From: a virus
IMG/VR virus record: IMGVR_UViG_3300044451_000434
Span: 1-64,000 of that record
Strand: one strand, 5' to 3'
Length of the DNA: 64,000 nt
Shown here piece by piece: positions 39,101-49,394 of this stretch (within the stretch, counting starts at the first letter, position 1; each line of letters opens with the position of its first letter). A model generated the notes under the pieces. That model saw only the letters and a list, made by a program, of their open reading frames with translations. It was not told where the DNA came from and ran no database searches. The position numbers and the translations under genes were made by a program.

Positions 39101-42100
39101 GATACATTATCTTCAGCGAGAAGGGGGCATGCAAATTTAACAACGCGACGGCTAGCATCTTCTTGAGACACTCCAAAACCAACATTGACTAGGCGACCAT
39201 TAATAGACACCTGAAGCACAGAGTCGGACTCTATAGTCTCGCTAGCTGGCATACTGAACTCATACGATGATGTGTCAATCGGCCTCGAAGGAGGCACAAT
39301 ATATAGTGAAGAATTCGCTATCATAGATCCCACCATATAACCGCCTGATGGTCTTGACTCAAACACTCCATATTCGCAGGCAACCATCAATTTATCAGCC
39401 AATTTACTTATGCTGAATATTTGCCCAAGATTGGTGCGAGATCCTGAAGATGAAGCCAATAATAGTGGAGTCCACCTTGAGCCATCAAGGCGGAAAACTC
39501 TAGAACTAGTTGCGCAGTACACATTTCCATCATGACCGTCTATCAGCGACACAACGCGCTGAGATCCAAAAGATCCGAGTGATCCAACATCGACTGAAAA
39601 CCCATCCACGATTCTCCTGACTCCAAATTGACCGATCAGGCAAACGCCGAGAATATTTGAGTGTGCAACATCGCCACCATTGAAATCGCAAATCTCTTCC
39701 ATATCATCTTCTGCAACTGCTATTGCTGAAGATGGCTGAGAAGACGGTATTTGAGATACATACCTATTCCAGTTTTTGATATAGAAAAGTTTAGATGACC
39801 TTACTATGTATAGACCGTCAGATTTTACAATCTTGACCACGGGAGCGCCGAAATTGAATGGCACAAATCGGAAAAGATCATATGAGACATAGACATCACC
39901 AGCTTGTGTGAGCACAAGCATGTTGCCATCGCTGTCAAAATAACAAGATTGCGCCTCTGCAGCAGGTGCTGGCAAATGAGTAATTGCTCTCGCAGTTTCA
40001 GAGCTCATGTCAAATAGCGATTCTGATTGCCAGTCATAATGGAAAACATGACCATCAGAAACTATAAAAGCATCGCCAGATGCACCTATGTCAACATCTG
40101 ATGGGTTTTTGGCTGGCAAGGATTGGGCAGCAGATCCAATAAAGGTAATTTGTCTAGGCGCATATCCGCCGCCAACAAATACACGCAATTTGTATAGAGC
40201 CAATTTTGCAGACCTGAATGAACTCATGTCTCCGAACCTGATATATGGCTCATTGACTCTGGCCAGGTAAACATCGTCTGTGGATTCAGACGCAGACCCC
40301 AGTTCTAGGAATTGTTGTGTAATTGATGCAAAAAATACTGCCAACGATACGCGACCGTATGCAGTCGTGTCATTGTTCAAGAATTCTCTTTGAGACCTGT
40401 CCTGCCTAGATATGGAGCTGAATCCGTAAACAAAATGGAGATTCTTAAATGTTGATGAGGCCAAATTAACGGAGCTTACTATGCGTGCCGTTGAAGCCAC
40501 CACTAGCTTGTGTTCATCCATACCAGGCCAGCCTGAAGAAGTTATTTGAGTGCTTATGCGCTGAGTTAGATGAATAGTCGGAACATCTCCCAACTGTTCT
40601 TGACGTACGCCTGACAATCCTGAAACAGAGACTGATCTTTTCAAGTATGCCAAAGCAACTAGAACAGGATCTGTTGGGCAAGAAACAGAGGCATGGGTAC
40701 AATCTCTACTATCATCATTAGCAACCATCACGATGGTGCTTAGTGTTGTCAATGACGGGTTGAAAGATCTGTACATTATGCATCTGTGAGAAGATGGTGT
40801 TGTTCCTTTTCTTATAAAGTCGTCCCAGCACACATGGCAGTTACCGTCTTGCGATGATGCAATGGATGGTCTAGAAGAAGCAAATGAGTCCATGGCTGAA
40901 GACAGTTGTATGTCTACTAACCCTGCACCACTGCTTTCCCATCTTGATTTGCTAACCAAATAGCGAGCCATGGCGATCTTGGAGCCACCAACCCCGTCAA
41001 GACTTTCAAAAACAACAAATAAATTGTTACTTGAATATACAATTTTGTGATTCTTCACCCCTCCAAGAGTTGATGTAACCTTATAGCCATTGCTACCGCC
41101 AGAAGACCACCCACCGGAATCTGGAAGATATGCATGATACAACTCGTCATGCCCTGAAATATTGTCATTCCACACAACATGAACTGCATCCACACCGTCT
41201 ACGGAAACTTGGCCACTACAAGTGGCTGACCTTGCAAGAGCAACACGACTGTATGGCTGAATCTTCGGCAATTTTCCAGAAATAAATATAGCGGAATGCA
41301 TGATGGCTGCAGACGATCCATCAAGAGATGTTAGGCACACCTGATAGACGCCCAAAGATGAACTCCAAAGTATATCTGGTCTCGAAGAAGGCATGTCTCC
41401 GTACATCCTGGTTGGCAATGACCACCCCGAATCTTGAGACCACCAAGACATCCACGAAACAGGTTGATTGCCGCCATCGTCGGACCACCACACCGCAACC
41501 ATGCTCGCACCATCAGAAGAACATGCTATTTTGGGGTCAAAACATGTACCAGAAACCATGTCGCCAGTGCTTTCGGCGATTTCAAAAGGCCCATTCCACT
41601 CCATAGAGCCGCCAAGTTTCATGAATGCAGATGTGCCCGTGGAATTTTTGGATATCAACACATCTATCTGCTGACCCGCCTCAGAAAGCGCGACTTGGTT
41701 GCCGTCGATAATAACTTTTTCAGTTTCTATATTTATATTATGCTTTGTCTTTCCATCAAACCAAGAGAGACCTATGCCGCTCTCATCTACAGAGTCAGAT
41801 GCCAAACTCTCCTCTATCTTTTCATACGCAAAAGACAACTCCATGGTGTATCCGCCTTCATCAAGTGCATATTGCGACCAGATAGTGCTACCACGCATAG
41901 TTTCTATATATGCCTTCCTACCTGAAGCAGACCCCATTGGGACAAGTCCAGCAAAAATAGTTTTAGAAAGCACCTGAAGCAGCAAAGGTGACGACTCAGT
42001 AAGATCAAAATCATTTATAAACGATGCATTAACGCCCTCATACCCAGATGTTACAGAGGCGTTGTAGTACAGAGAGAAGGGGATGACATCGGCGTTTGCA

Positions 42101-44340
42101 CCGATGTCTACCTGATTAAGTTGCTGTATTACTGATGCAATATTTGAATCAATTAAAGATATAGAAAAATGATTCTTAAAAGTGTCTGTAAACTCGTTAC
42201 TAGCAATTTCGGCACTGAGCACACCAGAACTCAATGAAAATTTATAAACTTCTATGCCAAGTCTGTTTTCTATTTTTGCCACATTAACCACAGCATTTTG
42301 ACTTGACGCCTCCACCCCCACATTGGAGAAAGTTGTGTCTATAATTAAGTAATCGTTTTGTTGATACGCAAATGGGGCAGTTCCGTGCGACGACACAGAA
42401 GAGAATCCCGACGCGTCCAATGATGACTTACTAGTAAAATTGCAGGACAGGCTCCATTCATCGACCGCAGATCCAGAAATCACTGTTGCACCAAACGGGT
42501 GAGCAACAATGACATGTTGACCGTATGAATCTCCAGAAATCAAAGATATTCCCGATCCTGATTGACCAATCACACTGCAGTCATAGACTCTCGGATAAAC
42601 AGATGGAGAAACAAAATACACCGTGTCACTTGAAGCAGTACCATCGGAGCCAACAACAGAAAATCCACTACTAGACTGACTTATATGTGACACAGAACTG
42701 CAAGGTAGAGACCCTAGTGGATATGCGCCCATCTCTTGTGCTGGAGAAAAACTTTTTGCAAAACTAACGCTTGATATCGTCAAGTCATACGAGGTGGAAT
42801 CTCTAGATCGCGGAGAAATCTGAACATACTTGGAGGTGGAAAAAATCTCTTGACCCGATATAGACCCGTTAAAAACCTGTACTGAATTAACATGCACAGC
42901 AACAGTCTTCCCGATGCATGACAATCCAACTTGCTTTTCTACAGTCATATCAAAAATGCCAGTGTATACAATATTACTCCCACTCCTCAAACGCAAAGCC
43001 GATGGGGATATGTCTAGTGAAATTAACAAAATATCATCTGAAACATCTAGAGAATACGGATATAATACCGTTGGACTAGAATCTGAATTCTTAACGCAGA
43101 ACATCCCAAATTGCAACCTCCAACCATCTGAATTAGAGGCACTAGAAAGCCAAGGATTTCCCGGGGTAGAAAAGCGAACCACATCCGAAATTGACTCCGA
43201 CCCGTCAATTGACAAGGTGATGTAGTATGTCAAACCTGGCAGCAAAACTCCCTCGGGAACAACTGCGATTCCCGATGACGCGGGCACCGTCTCTTCCCAA
43301 TAGAATCCATCACTAGGCAGACTTCCTATTTTTACCCGCATTTCCAAATCATCTGCATCGGGATATCGCCACGTTATTGTAGGAGACAAACTGTTGGATG
43401 TATTGTCTGATGCTCTACCATCAACAAGAACTGGGCTGAAAGATCTCGATGAAGCGCCTATCTCAACCGACTCAGATGTTGAAATTTGTCCTTCAGCGCC
43501 AGCAACCAAAGACTGAACCTGAACAAAAACTTCGTCTCCAGGGACAACCCTAAGTCGTGCCCATCTGCCTCCGTCTGTGTCGGATTCGTTAGTAGGTGGC
43601 GAAACCATCTCGTTGTTAACGAACCATCTATGTATAAAAGATACAGCATTTTGATTTACATCTGCAAAAGTTGAAGCATCGTAAGATGCATACAGAATAT
43701 CGTCTGAAGTGGGATTGGTCGGATGGATGGTAATATAAGAAGAAAAAGAAGAAACAGCGTCCACCGTCAGAGCTGACAGCACTACTGGAGCCCCAGATTC
43801 TAAAGAGTCAAACGGAATAACTCTAGCGAACCACTCATCGCCGAATCTGAGATAAGAAGAAGGCAGACTTGGTCTATCGTCTATAGCGAAAATTCTTGTA
43901 CCATTACAGTACCACTCTATTCTGTATTCCGCATCATTTGAGTAAGGAGTCACATCAATAGAAAGTATCGTATTTATACCCAAAGAGTTTTCAGAGTAAT
44001 TTGCAGAAACTTGAGGAACCGTCTTTATCCGTATTTTGAATTTTAGCCAAGATCCATTGTTTAAAAGCTTCAATTGGCCAAAAAACACTTTGGCACGCAC
44101 GAGCCCTCCTGCGAAATTGAAAGCATGCTCCGAGGAAGGCAAACTTGGCTGAAACACATTTGCGATGTTTCCATCAAAATTGTCGCTGCCCCATTCATCT
44201 TCTGAAGATCCTATCCTTATTTGATATCCATCATATTCAGCAGTGCAATCCCACGAAATGACGAATCCCTTTGGCAGCACATCGGATGGTGTTGCCGATA
44301 TTGGGTTACCGTCTATGCGGACATTTTCTAGTTCAGCCAT
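36160..44340 (-). CDS. 2726-aa multidomain structural protein (Ig/FN3 modules, BNR-like and other beta-propellers, two C-terminal repeat modules)
   Basis: Ig: EWYCNG..GDEWFARVIPFD, PTNPTSDDIL..RWFVNN. Propeller blades: DPKIA..MVAVWW, VHVVWND, RPSIASSQDGNCHVCWDD. Also WGTMSWVSVTPPDSEI..GQFIQIKIVL..NPIMQQISI. Confidence 0.9.
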   Translation of the reverse strand: MAELENVRIDGNPISATPSDVLPKGFVISWDCTAEYDGYQIRIGSSEDEWGSDNFDGNIANVFQPSLPSSEHAFNFAGGLVRAKVFFGQLKLLNNGSWLKFKIRIKTVPQVSANYSENSLGINTILSIDVTPYSNDAEYRIEWYCNGTRIFAIDDRPSLPSSYLRFGDEWFARVIPFDSLESGAPVVLSALTVDAVSSFSSYITIHPTNPTSDDILYASYDASTFADVNQNAVSFIHRWFVNNEMVSPPTNESDTDGGRWARLRVVPGDEVFVQVQSLVAGAEGQISTSESVEIGASSRSFSPVLVDGRASDNTSNSLSPTITWRYPDADDLEMRVKIGSLPSDGFYWEETVPASSGIAVVPEGVLLPGLTYYITLSIDGSESISDVVRFSTPGNPWLSSASNSDGWRLQFGMFCVKNSDSSPTVLYPYSLDVSDDILLISLDISPSALRLRSGSNIVYTGIFDMTVEKQVGLSCIGKTVAVHVNSVQVFNGSISGQEIFSTSKYVQISPRSRDSTSYDLTISSVSFAKSFSPAQEMGAYPLGSLPCSSVSHISQSSSGFSVVGSDGTASSDTVYFVSPSVYPRVYDCSVIGQSGSGISLISGDSYGQHVIVAHPFGATVISGSAVDEWSLSCNFTSKSSLDASGFSSVSSHGTAPFAYQQNDYLIIDTTFSNVGVEASSQNAVVNVAKIENRLGIEVYKFSLSSGVLSAEIASNEFTDTFKNHFSISLIDSNIASVIQQLNQVDIGANADVIPFSLYYNASVTSGYEGVNASFINDFDLTESSPLLLQVLSKTIFAGLVPMGSASGRKAYIETMRGSTIWSQYALDEGGYTMELSFAYEKIEESLASDSVDESGIGLSWFDGKTKHNINIETEKVIIDGNQVALSEAGQQIDVLISKNSTGTSAFMKLGGSMEWNGPFEIAESTGDMVSGTCFDPKIACSSDGASMVAVWWSDDGGNQPVSWMSWWSQDSGWSLPTRMYGDMPSSRPDILWSSSLGVYQVCLTSLDGSSAAIMHSAIFISGKLPKIQPYSRVALARSATCSGQVSVDGVDAVHVVWNDNISGHDELYHAYLPDSGGWSSGGSNGYKVTSTLGGVKNHKIVYSSNNLFVVFESLDGVGGSKIAMARYLVSKSRWESSGAGLVDIQLSSAMDSFASSRPSIASSQDGNCHVCWDDFIRKGTTPSSHRCIMYRSFNPSLTTLSTIVMVANDDSRDCTHASVSCPTDPVLVALAYLKRSVSVSGLSGVRQEQLGDVPTIHLTQRISTQITSSGWPGMDEHKLVVASTARIVSSVNLASSTFKNLHFVYGFSSISRQDRSQREFLNNDTTAYGRVSLAVFFASITQQFLELGSASESTDDVYLARVNEPYIRFGDMSSFRSAKLALYKLRVFVGGGYAPRQITFIGSAAQSLPAKNPSDVDIGASGDAFIVSDGHVFHYDWQSESLFDMSSETARAITHLPAPAAEAQSCYFDSDGNMLVLTQAGDVYVSYDLFRFVPFNFGAPVVKIVKSDGLYIVRSSKLFYIKNWNRYVSQIPSSQPSSAIAVAEDDMEEICDFNGGDVAHSNILGVCLIGQFGVRRIVDGFSVDVGSLGSFGSQRVVSLIDGHDGNVYCATSSRVFRLDGSRWTPLLLASSSGSRTNLGQIFSISKLADKLMVACEYGVFESRPSGGYMVGSMIANSSLYIVPPSRPIDTSSYEFSMPASETIESDSVLQVSINGRLVNVGFGVSQEDASRRVVKFACPLLAEDNVSLVVRDDLRLIRKLNPNRAEVASGYSSTRKLNHVADGGLEFYAVADAGERSVVKLSSSSGLPSDEVVLDTEPPQGKLNFVSQISANVVRLSIDTLGSEDGQLPYDATSGVSTYEISNFSNFTTNGVTPVEPKPFTAQFDHSLLNLSALSGLIWNETSGRISGFVSFRPASALSARDFVFTSVPAACRSKTGDNFSETQTMIGTDPVNSEIAGVIVFRNELYVAVVKSGENVAIYKSSDGAQFVSVSHLEAEGFAGFFLSDYDNSLYMLTDSPARIYYYTGSGSPSAKVNFVADRGSGISGFDRFVVVATGQDKRIYRADLGSVPIVVESLHYDSDALTTVDSLGTNIYVGTASSGRIMRSVDEDEPFLASFRSTTAPIHAVKKIVLAGRDNIFASVGRQIYRYANGWVVMGQSDADIVGIGQSTDNQVVFWTASSLYAVNVSGAVRRVYLRLADKAGNSTVLASEPDENGDGINDNLVLDISSSLLRSSAISGQIIEFEGNGDTTVVIGNGDAPFFSADRIRRESAVVETEILNASDGHVAWGTMSWVSVTPPDSEIWIYFKVGRTRDQCASAEYGTPITSVVEEFDMSGQVGQFIQIKIVLMSTSPNSNPIMQQISIESLTNSTSQFITTTFVLPSPVKRGILSMDKLVPVSAMIVPCLDTLDRVSIADFQELPENRLFSVDGSQYGTKLRVGFKFLTPASFIDDGTSSGNSQDIYSNTVLWNIDNSHSQIDDVVDFSVYFYDDQERTSLRASANTIDSPQYFLFDGLPFPNANGATILLGRIGSFAMLPYAFSLVSGTTYYVDIDVIRNGVEQNLSELSRPFIKEASVSMYNIIAFEFVPSDGFAGAYDFRIRIYEDEALTQMVGSYFSLANSSGWTAGDSDDPWLPTQPPFFGTQDPTRVTFTPPSGDIEVNNRYFITIESFNGHNFSFAFVGLTFMNIIETGFDCGDQVNVPILKGFSMMFELENGSLVKFNSLTQ

Positions 44341-44382
44341 ATGGTTTCAGCCCGATACAGCATTTTACAAACATGCGGAGAA

Positions 44383-45396
44383 TCAGCCTCCGTCAAAGAA
44401 TTTAGCTCCTGAACCTGTAAGTTTCAAGCCTTGAGTTGGAGAGTTGCTAAAAGTTGAGTTTTCAACAACCTTGAAAGGCTTAATATCTACGGGAAAATTG
44501 ACAGATTTCAAATTTCGGACAGCATCAAACTGCGAACCAGTAATGCCAAATAATTTCCCATCTTCACGCACCGCAAATGTGCCATAAGAAGTTTCTGCCA
44601 CCCCAGCAACCCCAACAAAATATTCTGGAATCCCAGGTATAACCTGCTGAAGGATACTTTTTGCAGCCACGAACGCATCTGAAGCCCCAACAGCAGAAAC
44701 CAAATCATACATAAAACTAGCATCCTCTATATCCATAGTAGTTACAACAAGATCTTTCATGCAATCACCCATAGAGGGAACAGACACTACGCCTGGGATG
44801 AAGCTAGCAAATTGACGATTGACTCTTAGATTTCTAGCATTACTTTTGATACCGAAAGGCGCCGGTATGCCTTCCGTATCTTTTTCTAGAATATGACCGT
44901 CTACATGCACATTCATTTTTTGATCCGAACCTGTTTTCAACTGCAAGACAACAAATTGCCATACAAAAGTATCATTGCCAGAAAATCTAAATGATGACGT
45001 CACTCCGCCTTCATTTTGAGAAAATAGGTAATCGCTTATTCCGTCTGTTCTTTGAATCCTAGAAAATGCCCACCCCCCTTGCTCAAATATATCTCCAGAT
45101 GAAGATTCAGAGCAAGACAAAAGGGTGGCTTGAATCTCACTAGGAACTCCGTCTGAGTTTACGGCAGGTCTAAAGGTATCGGTTCTCAGCCAAAAACAGA
45201 ATGTTAGATACTCGTTGACAGCTTGAGGCATGAGGCAGGAGACAACACATCCAGGAGTCATGACAAAAGCTGCACCAAAATCCGTGCTAGAAATGGTTGG
45301 TGAAGATGAAACATAAACAGGATTAGAAAAGACTTCAACGATTGGGGACGCTGAAAGGGCAAATCCTAAAGATGTTTCTTGCGTGGGACGAATCAT
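44383..45396 (-). CDS. LamG/ConA-like domain protein, 337 aa
   Basis: LTFCFWLRT..WQFVVLQ..MNVHVDG pattern; ATGA overlap with the upstream gene. Confidence 0.7.
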   Translation of the reverse strand: MIRPTQETSLGFALSASPIVEVFSNPVYVSSSPTISSTDFGAAFVMTPGCVVSCLMPQAVNEYLTFCFWLRTDTFRPAVNSDGVPSEIQATLLSCSESSSGDIFEQGGWAFSRIQRTDGISDYLFSQNEGGVTSSFRFSGNDTFVWQFVVLQLKTGSDQKMNVHVDGHILEKDTEGIPAPFGIKSNARNLRVNRQFASFIPGVVSVPSMGDCMKDLVVTTMDIEDASFMYDLVSAVGASDAFVAAKSILQQVIPGIPEYFVGVAGVAETSYGTFAVREDGKLFGITGSQFDAVRNLKSVNFPVDIKPFKVVENSTFSNSPTQGLKLTGSGAKFFDGG

Positions 45397-48300
45397 TTTG
45401 GATCAATCCTGAATGATACTGTATTTTCGGCTGCAAAAGACTTCTTATTAATTGCTAGCCAAACATACGCGCAAAATCCAGTTTCAAAATTTGACAAATC
45501 AAACGATACTGAACCTTCTAAAACATTATTTACGATGCCGATATTTTTTGCAATCACATCGTACATTGAGAATCTAGAAGGTGAAGGCATGCACCAGAAT
45601 TGATAAGAACCAAGAGCGGCCCGCGTGGTCAAATTAACCTTATCAGCACTTACACTTGAAACTATATGACGCTTGTCAAATTTTCCACCTTTTAATTCAA
45701 CAAGCACATCGCCAGGGGCAATTGCAGATGGCCTGTCTATCGCAGACAGGGTAAAACCATCAGACCTACCAACGTTAATCATAAAACCTTGTCTATTAGG
45801 CAATTCTAGAACAGCATGAGACTTGCTGGGCAATCCTGTCAAATTAACAGTAGCGCTATGCTTCTTTGTGTCAAAAATACCGTCAACGATGGCAATGCAT
45901 CTGACAGCATATTTACCATCTTGATATATGTGATCCAATATATTGCTGCTCAGCAAATAAATAGACTCACCTTGACGATGAACCGAATGCCTAAATCTTT
46001 TATCTATTGACATGACATTATTTAATACATTAACGCGCATCAATTCTCGACCAACATAAACAAACTGATCAACAAGATCAGGACATGTAACTGGCAGGCG
46101 AATGGCTCGATTAGAAAGCTCCTTGTTTACAAATATGCCATGACCATCAGCTGAATTTTTAGGAAAGAAGCCGAAACCCTGATTTATTTTTCCGATCTCT
46201 ACCTGTAAGGGATCTCCAACATAACCGCCAGTCGAAAGTCTTGAAGCTTGCGTCGGATCTGGCGAAGTAGTATATATAGCCATTTCAAATACAGACGAAG
46301 GCTCAGGAGCATCAACCCTATTTACAGATGCTGAATAGGATGAGCCCAAGCCCAAAGATGTCTCGAATGTTCCAAGAGAAGAAACCGACTGCGTCCTCAA
46401 GGCATGTGGGAGTTGAACATCGATGCCCAAAGTTGCTAATTTTTTGGAAAATTCTGTCAAGTTATCTGCGACTATCCTCATTCTAGATATTTCGCCACCA
46501 TTAGCATCTATATTCTTTATCAAGACACTACCATTAGTGAAAGACATTTTTACTGATTTGGCCTGATTGTTTTTACTGCTAGATGTGTAAGATATTTTTA
46601 AGGACTCTCCTGAAGTCGGCTCTTCAGAGGATTCTTCAGCAAGTGGTCGTGTCACGAGAGACTTGACAAGCTCTTCCCACTCTGCCCTACTTCGCACCTG
46701 ATCGATATCATAAAATACTTGACCCTTATGCATGTCAATTATTTGACTAAACTTACTAGCAGATATGTGATATTTTGTAGATTCAAAACCATCTGGCAAG
46801 GCCCGATTTGAAGAATTGAAGCCAGAACGCATATCTCCAAAACCACCCTTGGGGCGCAATCCGACGAGTGGCATATAACAAATCTTAGTATTTGGAAGTC
46901 CTGATCCTGAAATCCATCTTCTTACATATGAAGCGTGTAAATTTTGCATATTCGTTCGTAAAGTATCAAAATCACGATATTTGATGCTGGCTGAAACGAC
47001 TCCCACTAACACTTCTCTGTTGGAGCCGCCGATTACCCAATCAGTTCTATTGCTGCCATCTTTAATTTGCCTATTGCCAAAGACCTCGTATGAGTTGTAG
47101 CACCCCACAGATGGGACGAATGGGCTTTGTATCAACTCAGAACCAAATTGAGAAGTATTTATGTATGAAAAAATAGGAGAATTTATCAATCTAGAATCAG
47201 CAATACTATTCACTCCCTGCCTGTCCGCAACAAACTCTGAAGCAAGGTTTGGTATAAAATCTGTATAGCTGCAAGATATACCAGGTATGGCAAATTTACA
47301 CTTTGGATAAACATTCTTGATGTTATCAAGCACAGCATGCCGCAATGATGCTAGCGCAACATTTCTCATCGTTAGGTCATACCACAAGCTGAATGCCCTA
47401 TTTTGAGGATACATTTTTGCATCTTTGTCATATCTAATATCAGAAGCCGAGTACAATCCAACTACAGATCCACTTCTTGAAATTTGATCGACCACCACAT
47501 CGGATGAAGAAAATTCTTCTTTCATTGTTCCAAATGAAAGACCAGGAATTTTCTCTGTTGAAAATCTTCCTGAAGATGAAATACCTTGCCAGACGCCCGC
47601 AAATGGAGAGTTAGGAGCACATGAAGTTTCCGACCCCAATTCGGCAGCACAAGCAGCATGCACAGAAGATGGATGAGATATGTTATCAAAAGATATAAGG
47701 TTTACCCACGGCACAAATGGAGAATTACCTGCAGCAATAGATCTTCTGTTTGACCTTGCTGAAAATCTATTCAAAAATTTCCTTATCCATAAAGAAGATT
47801 GCTTAATTCCGTTTGCCATGAACGGAGTCATAAGCGGAAACTTGGAGAGCACAGACGCAGAAGACAACGGATCTGCGAATTGATATATGGCATCTGCAGG
47901 ATGCATAAACAAGAAGGGGTATATGTCAAGCAGTCCTTCATCTACTGTCTCACAATAATCTGCTGGAAGTGGAGAGCCAAAATACTCAAAAGACAAATGT
48001 ATCCCGTTTTCGAACAACGATTCGGCAGAGCCTGCCGCAAGAGGGGACAGCGTGAGCAACAAATCGAACGCGATGTCAGCAGCTTTCTCTGCCCCAACTG
48101 TACCGTATGGACTTACAATCTTCAAGTCTGCCTGCGAAAGACCCGTAACCCAGCCAGAAGCCACTAGCGACTTCGCTGCAGAGTCAACACATTTTTGTGG
48201 ATTTCCTGAAAACCACCAAGCTGGTATGCGCGACCTAGCGACATCAGCATTAATATTTGGGTTTTCTAGACATGATACTGCAACACATGGTCTAATTTTT

Positions 48301-49394
48301 GGGCATCCACTCGCAGAGGATGCAAGATAGTGATTGTTTGAAGACATGGTTCCAGATAATGTTCTAGAATCACAAGCAAGTTTTGATATTATAGAGACAT
48401 TATGATAAAATTCCAAAGGCTTTCCTACATTCACCGTCTCCCCAGGAGACATTTCTGTATGAACTCCATCGTTTACAATGTGCTGCTTAGACCATCCAGA
48501 GTCGTAACTGTCTGAGGCTAGATGAATCTCTCTTCCAACTGCTAGAGATGAATCTGACCTAATTATAGATTGCATCGGAGAAGATTCTTTGTATCTCATT
48601 ATTATTGGCGCGGAGTTCAAAAACCACTGAGGCAGATTTACCCCGCTGTCAATGTCCAATTCTGGATCCAACCAAATGACTCTCATGCCAAAATTTATCA
48701 TCAGATGGTTAGATAATTCAACACACTGACCATATGTAAGAGACCTAGTGGGAGAAAATGCGCCATAAATAGCCACACAATCAACCACCCCAACAAACGG
48801 CTGCAGATTTTGCCTAAGCCATTCCCTAGTTAGAGAATCAAAAAGATTTGGAAACTCAGAACCCTCCCATGTATTCAGTTGCAAAACCCTGTTGGTCTGG
48901 GAACTGCTGCTTGAAGATGAACTTGAAGAACTACTACTAGAAGACGAGTTGCTAGAAGATGAAAGCGTGACAGGCAGCGACCATCGCAAACCCACAATGA
49001 CCTGCAAGCCGAATGCAGACTTGCCATCGCGAAGAGCCGCTATAAGTGCACCCGATCCACCATCCATGGGTGGCTGATATGCTGATCCTAAATGGAGCAC
49101 TGATGAATCCCATCCAGCTATTAAGTTGGCAGCGGGGTTGCCGTCATAAGTTCCCATAGGCGCAACCATAAAAAATCTTCCGTAGCCTGCTAAATTCGCA
49201 CCCTCCATCATTCCATAAACATGCGAATAAAGACTTCCAGTGGAACCTAAGTACCAACTGCCAATATTATCTTCACACTCTTTTATGCCCCAGTCGCACA
49301 TGGGCATATGAGCAATAGATCTTCCATCAGGCATGTACTTGACAGGCAAGACAGCATATGAGTCATCTTCACGGATGCTGACGAACGATGTCAT
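45393..49394 (-). CDS. Hypothetical protein, 1333 aa; GH-like barrel family paralog of the 776-aa protein, with poly-Ser insert and beta-rich C-terminus
   Basis: ATGA overlaps at both ends; colinear motif blocks shared with 23082..25412. Confidence 0.85.
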   Translation of the reverse strand: MTSFVSIREDDSYAVLPVKYMPDGRSIAHMPMCDWGIKECEDNIGSWYLGSTGSLYSHVYGMMEGANLAGYGRFFMVAPMGTYDGNPAANLIAGWDSSVLHLGSAYQPPMDGGSGALIAALRDGKSAFGLQVIVGLRWSLPVTLSSSSNSSSSSSSSSSSSSSSSQTNRVLQLNTWEGSEFPNLFDSLTREWLRQNLQPFVGVVDCVAIYGAFSPTRSLTYGQCVELSNHLMINFGMRVIWLDPELDIDSGVNLPQWFLNSAPIIMRYKESSPMQSIIRSDSSLAVGREIHLASDSYDSGWSKQHIVNDGVHTEMSPGETVNVGKPLEFYHNVSIISKLACDSRTLSGTMSSNNHYLASSASGCPKIRPCVAVSCLENPNINADVARSRIPAWWFSGNPQKCVDSAAKSLVASGWVTGLSQADLKIVSPYGTVGAEKAADIAFDLLLTLSPLAAGSAESLFENGIHLSFEYFGSPLPADYCETVDEGLLDIYPFLFMHPADAIYQFADPLSSASVLSKFPLMTPFMANGIKQSSLWIRKFLNRFSARSNRRSIAAGNSPFVPWVNLISFDNISHPSSVHAACAAELGSETSCAPNSPFAGVWQGISSSGRFSTEKIPGLSFGTMKEEFSSSDVVVDQISRSGSVVGLYSASDIRYDKDAKMYPQNRAFSLWYDLTMRNVALASLRHAVLDNIKNVYPKCKFAIPGISCSYTDFIPNLASEFVADRQGVNSIADSRLINSPIFSYINTSQFGSELIQSPFVPSVGCYNSYEVFGNRQIKDGSNRTDWVIGGSNREVLVGVVSASIKYRDFDTLRTNMQNLHASYVRRWISGSGLPNTKICYMPLVGLRPKGGFGDMRSGFNSSNRALPDGFESTKYHISASKFSQIIDMHKGQVFYDIDQVRSRAEWEELVKSLVTRPLAEESSEEPTSGESLKISYTSSSKNNQAKSVKMSFTNGSVLIKNIDANGGEISRMRIVADNLTEFSKKLATLGIDVQLPHALRTQSVSSLGTFETSLGLGSSYSASVNRVDAPEPSSVFEMAIYTTSPDPTQASRLSTGGYVGDPLQVEIGKINQGFGFFPKNSADGHGIFVNKELSNRAIRLPVTCPDLVDQFVYVGRELMRVNVLNNVMSIDKRFRHSVHRQGESIYLLSSNILDHIYQDGKYAVRCIAIVDGIFDTKKHSATVNLTGLPSKSHAVLELPNRQGFMINVGRSDGFTLSAIDRPSAIAPGDVLVELKGGKFDKRHIVSSVSADKVNLTTRAALGSYQFWCMPSPSRFSMYDVIAKNIGIVNNVLEGSVSFDLSNFETGFCAYVWLAINKKSFAAENTVSFRIDPK
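48899..48963 (-). repeat. Poly-serine tract
   Basis: SSSSNSSSSSSSSSSSSSSSS; 48900-48932 matches 9716-9748 at 32/33 nt. Confidence 0.9.

Noticed and set aside
44341-44382. Third intergenic gap as another copy of the conserved motif or a terminator
   Set aside because: It lacks the TGCAGAAATA core and a convincing hairpin/U-tract; only a weak TAAAAT is present
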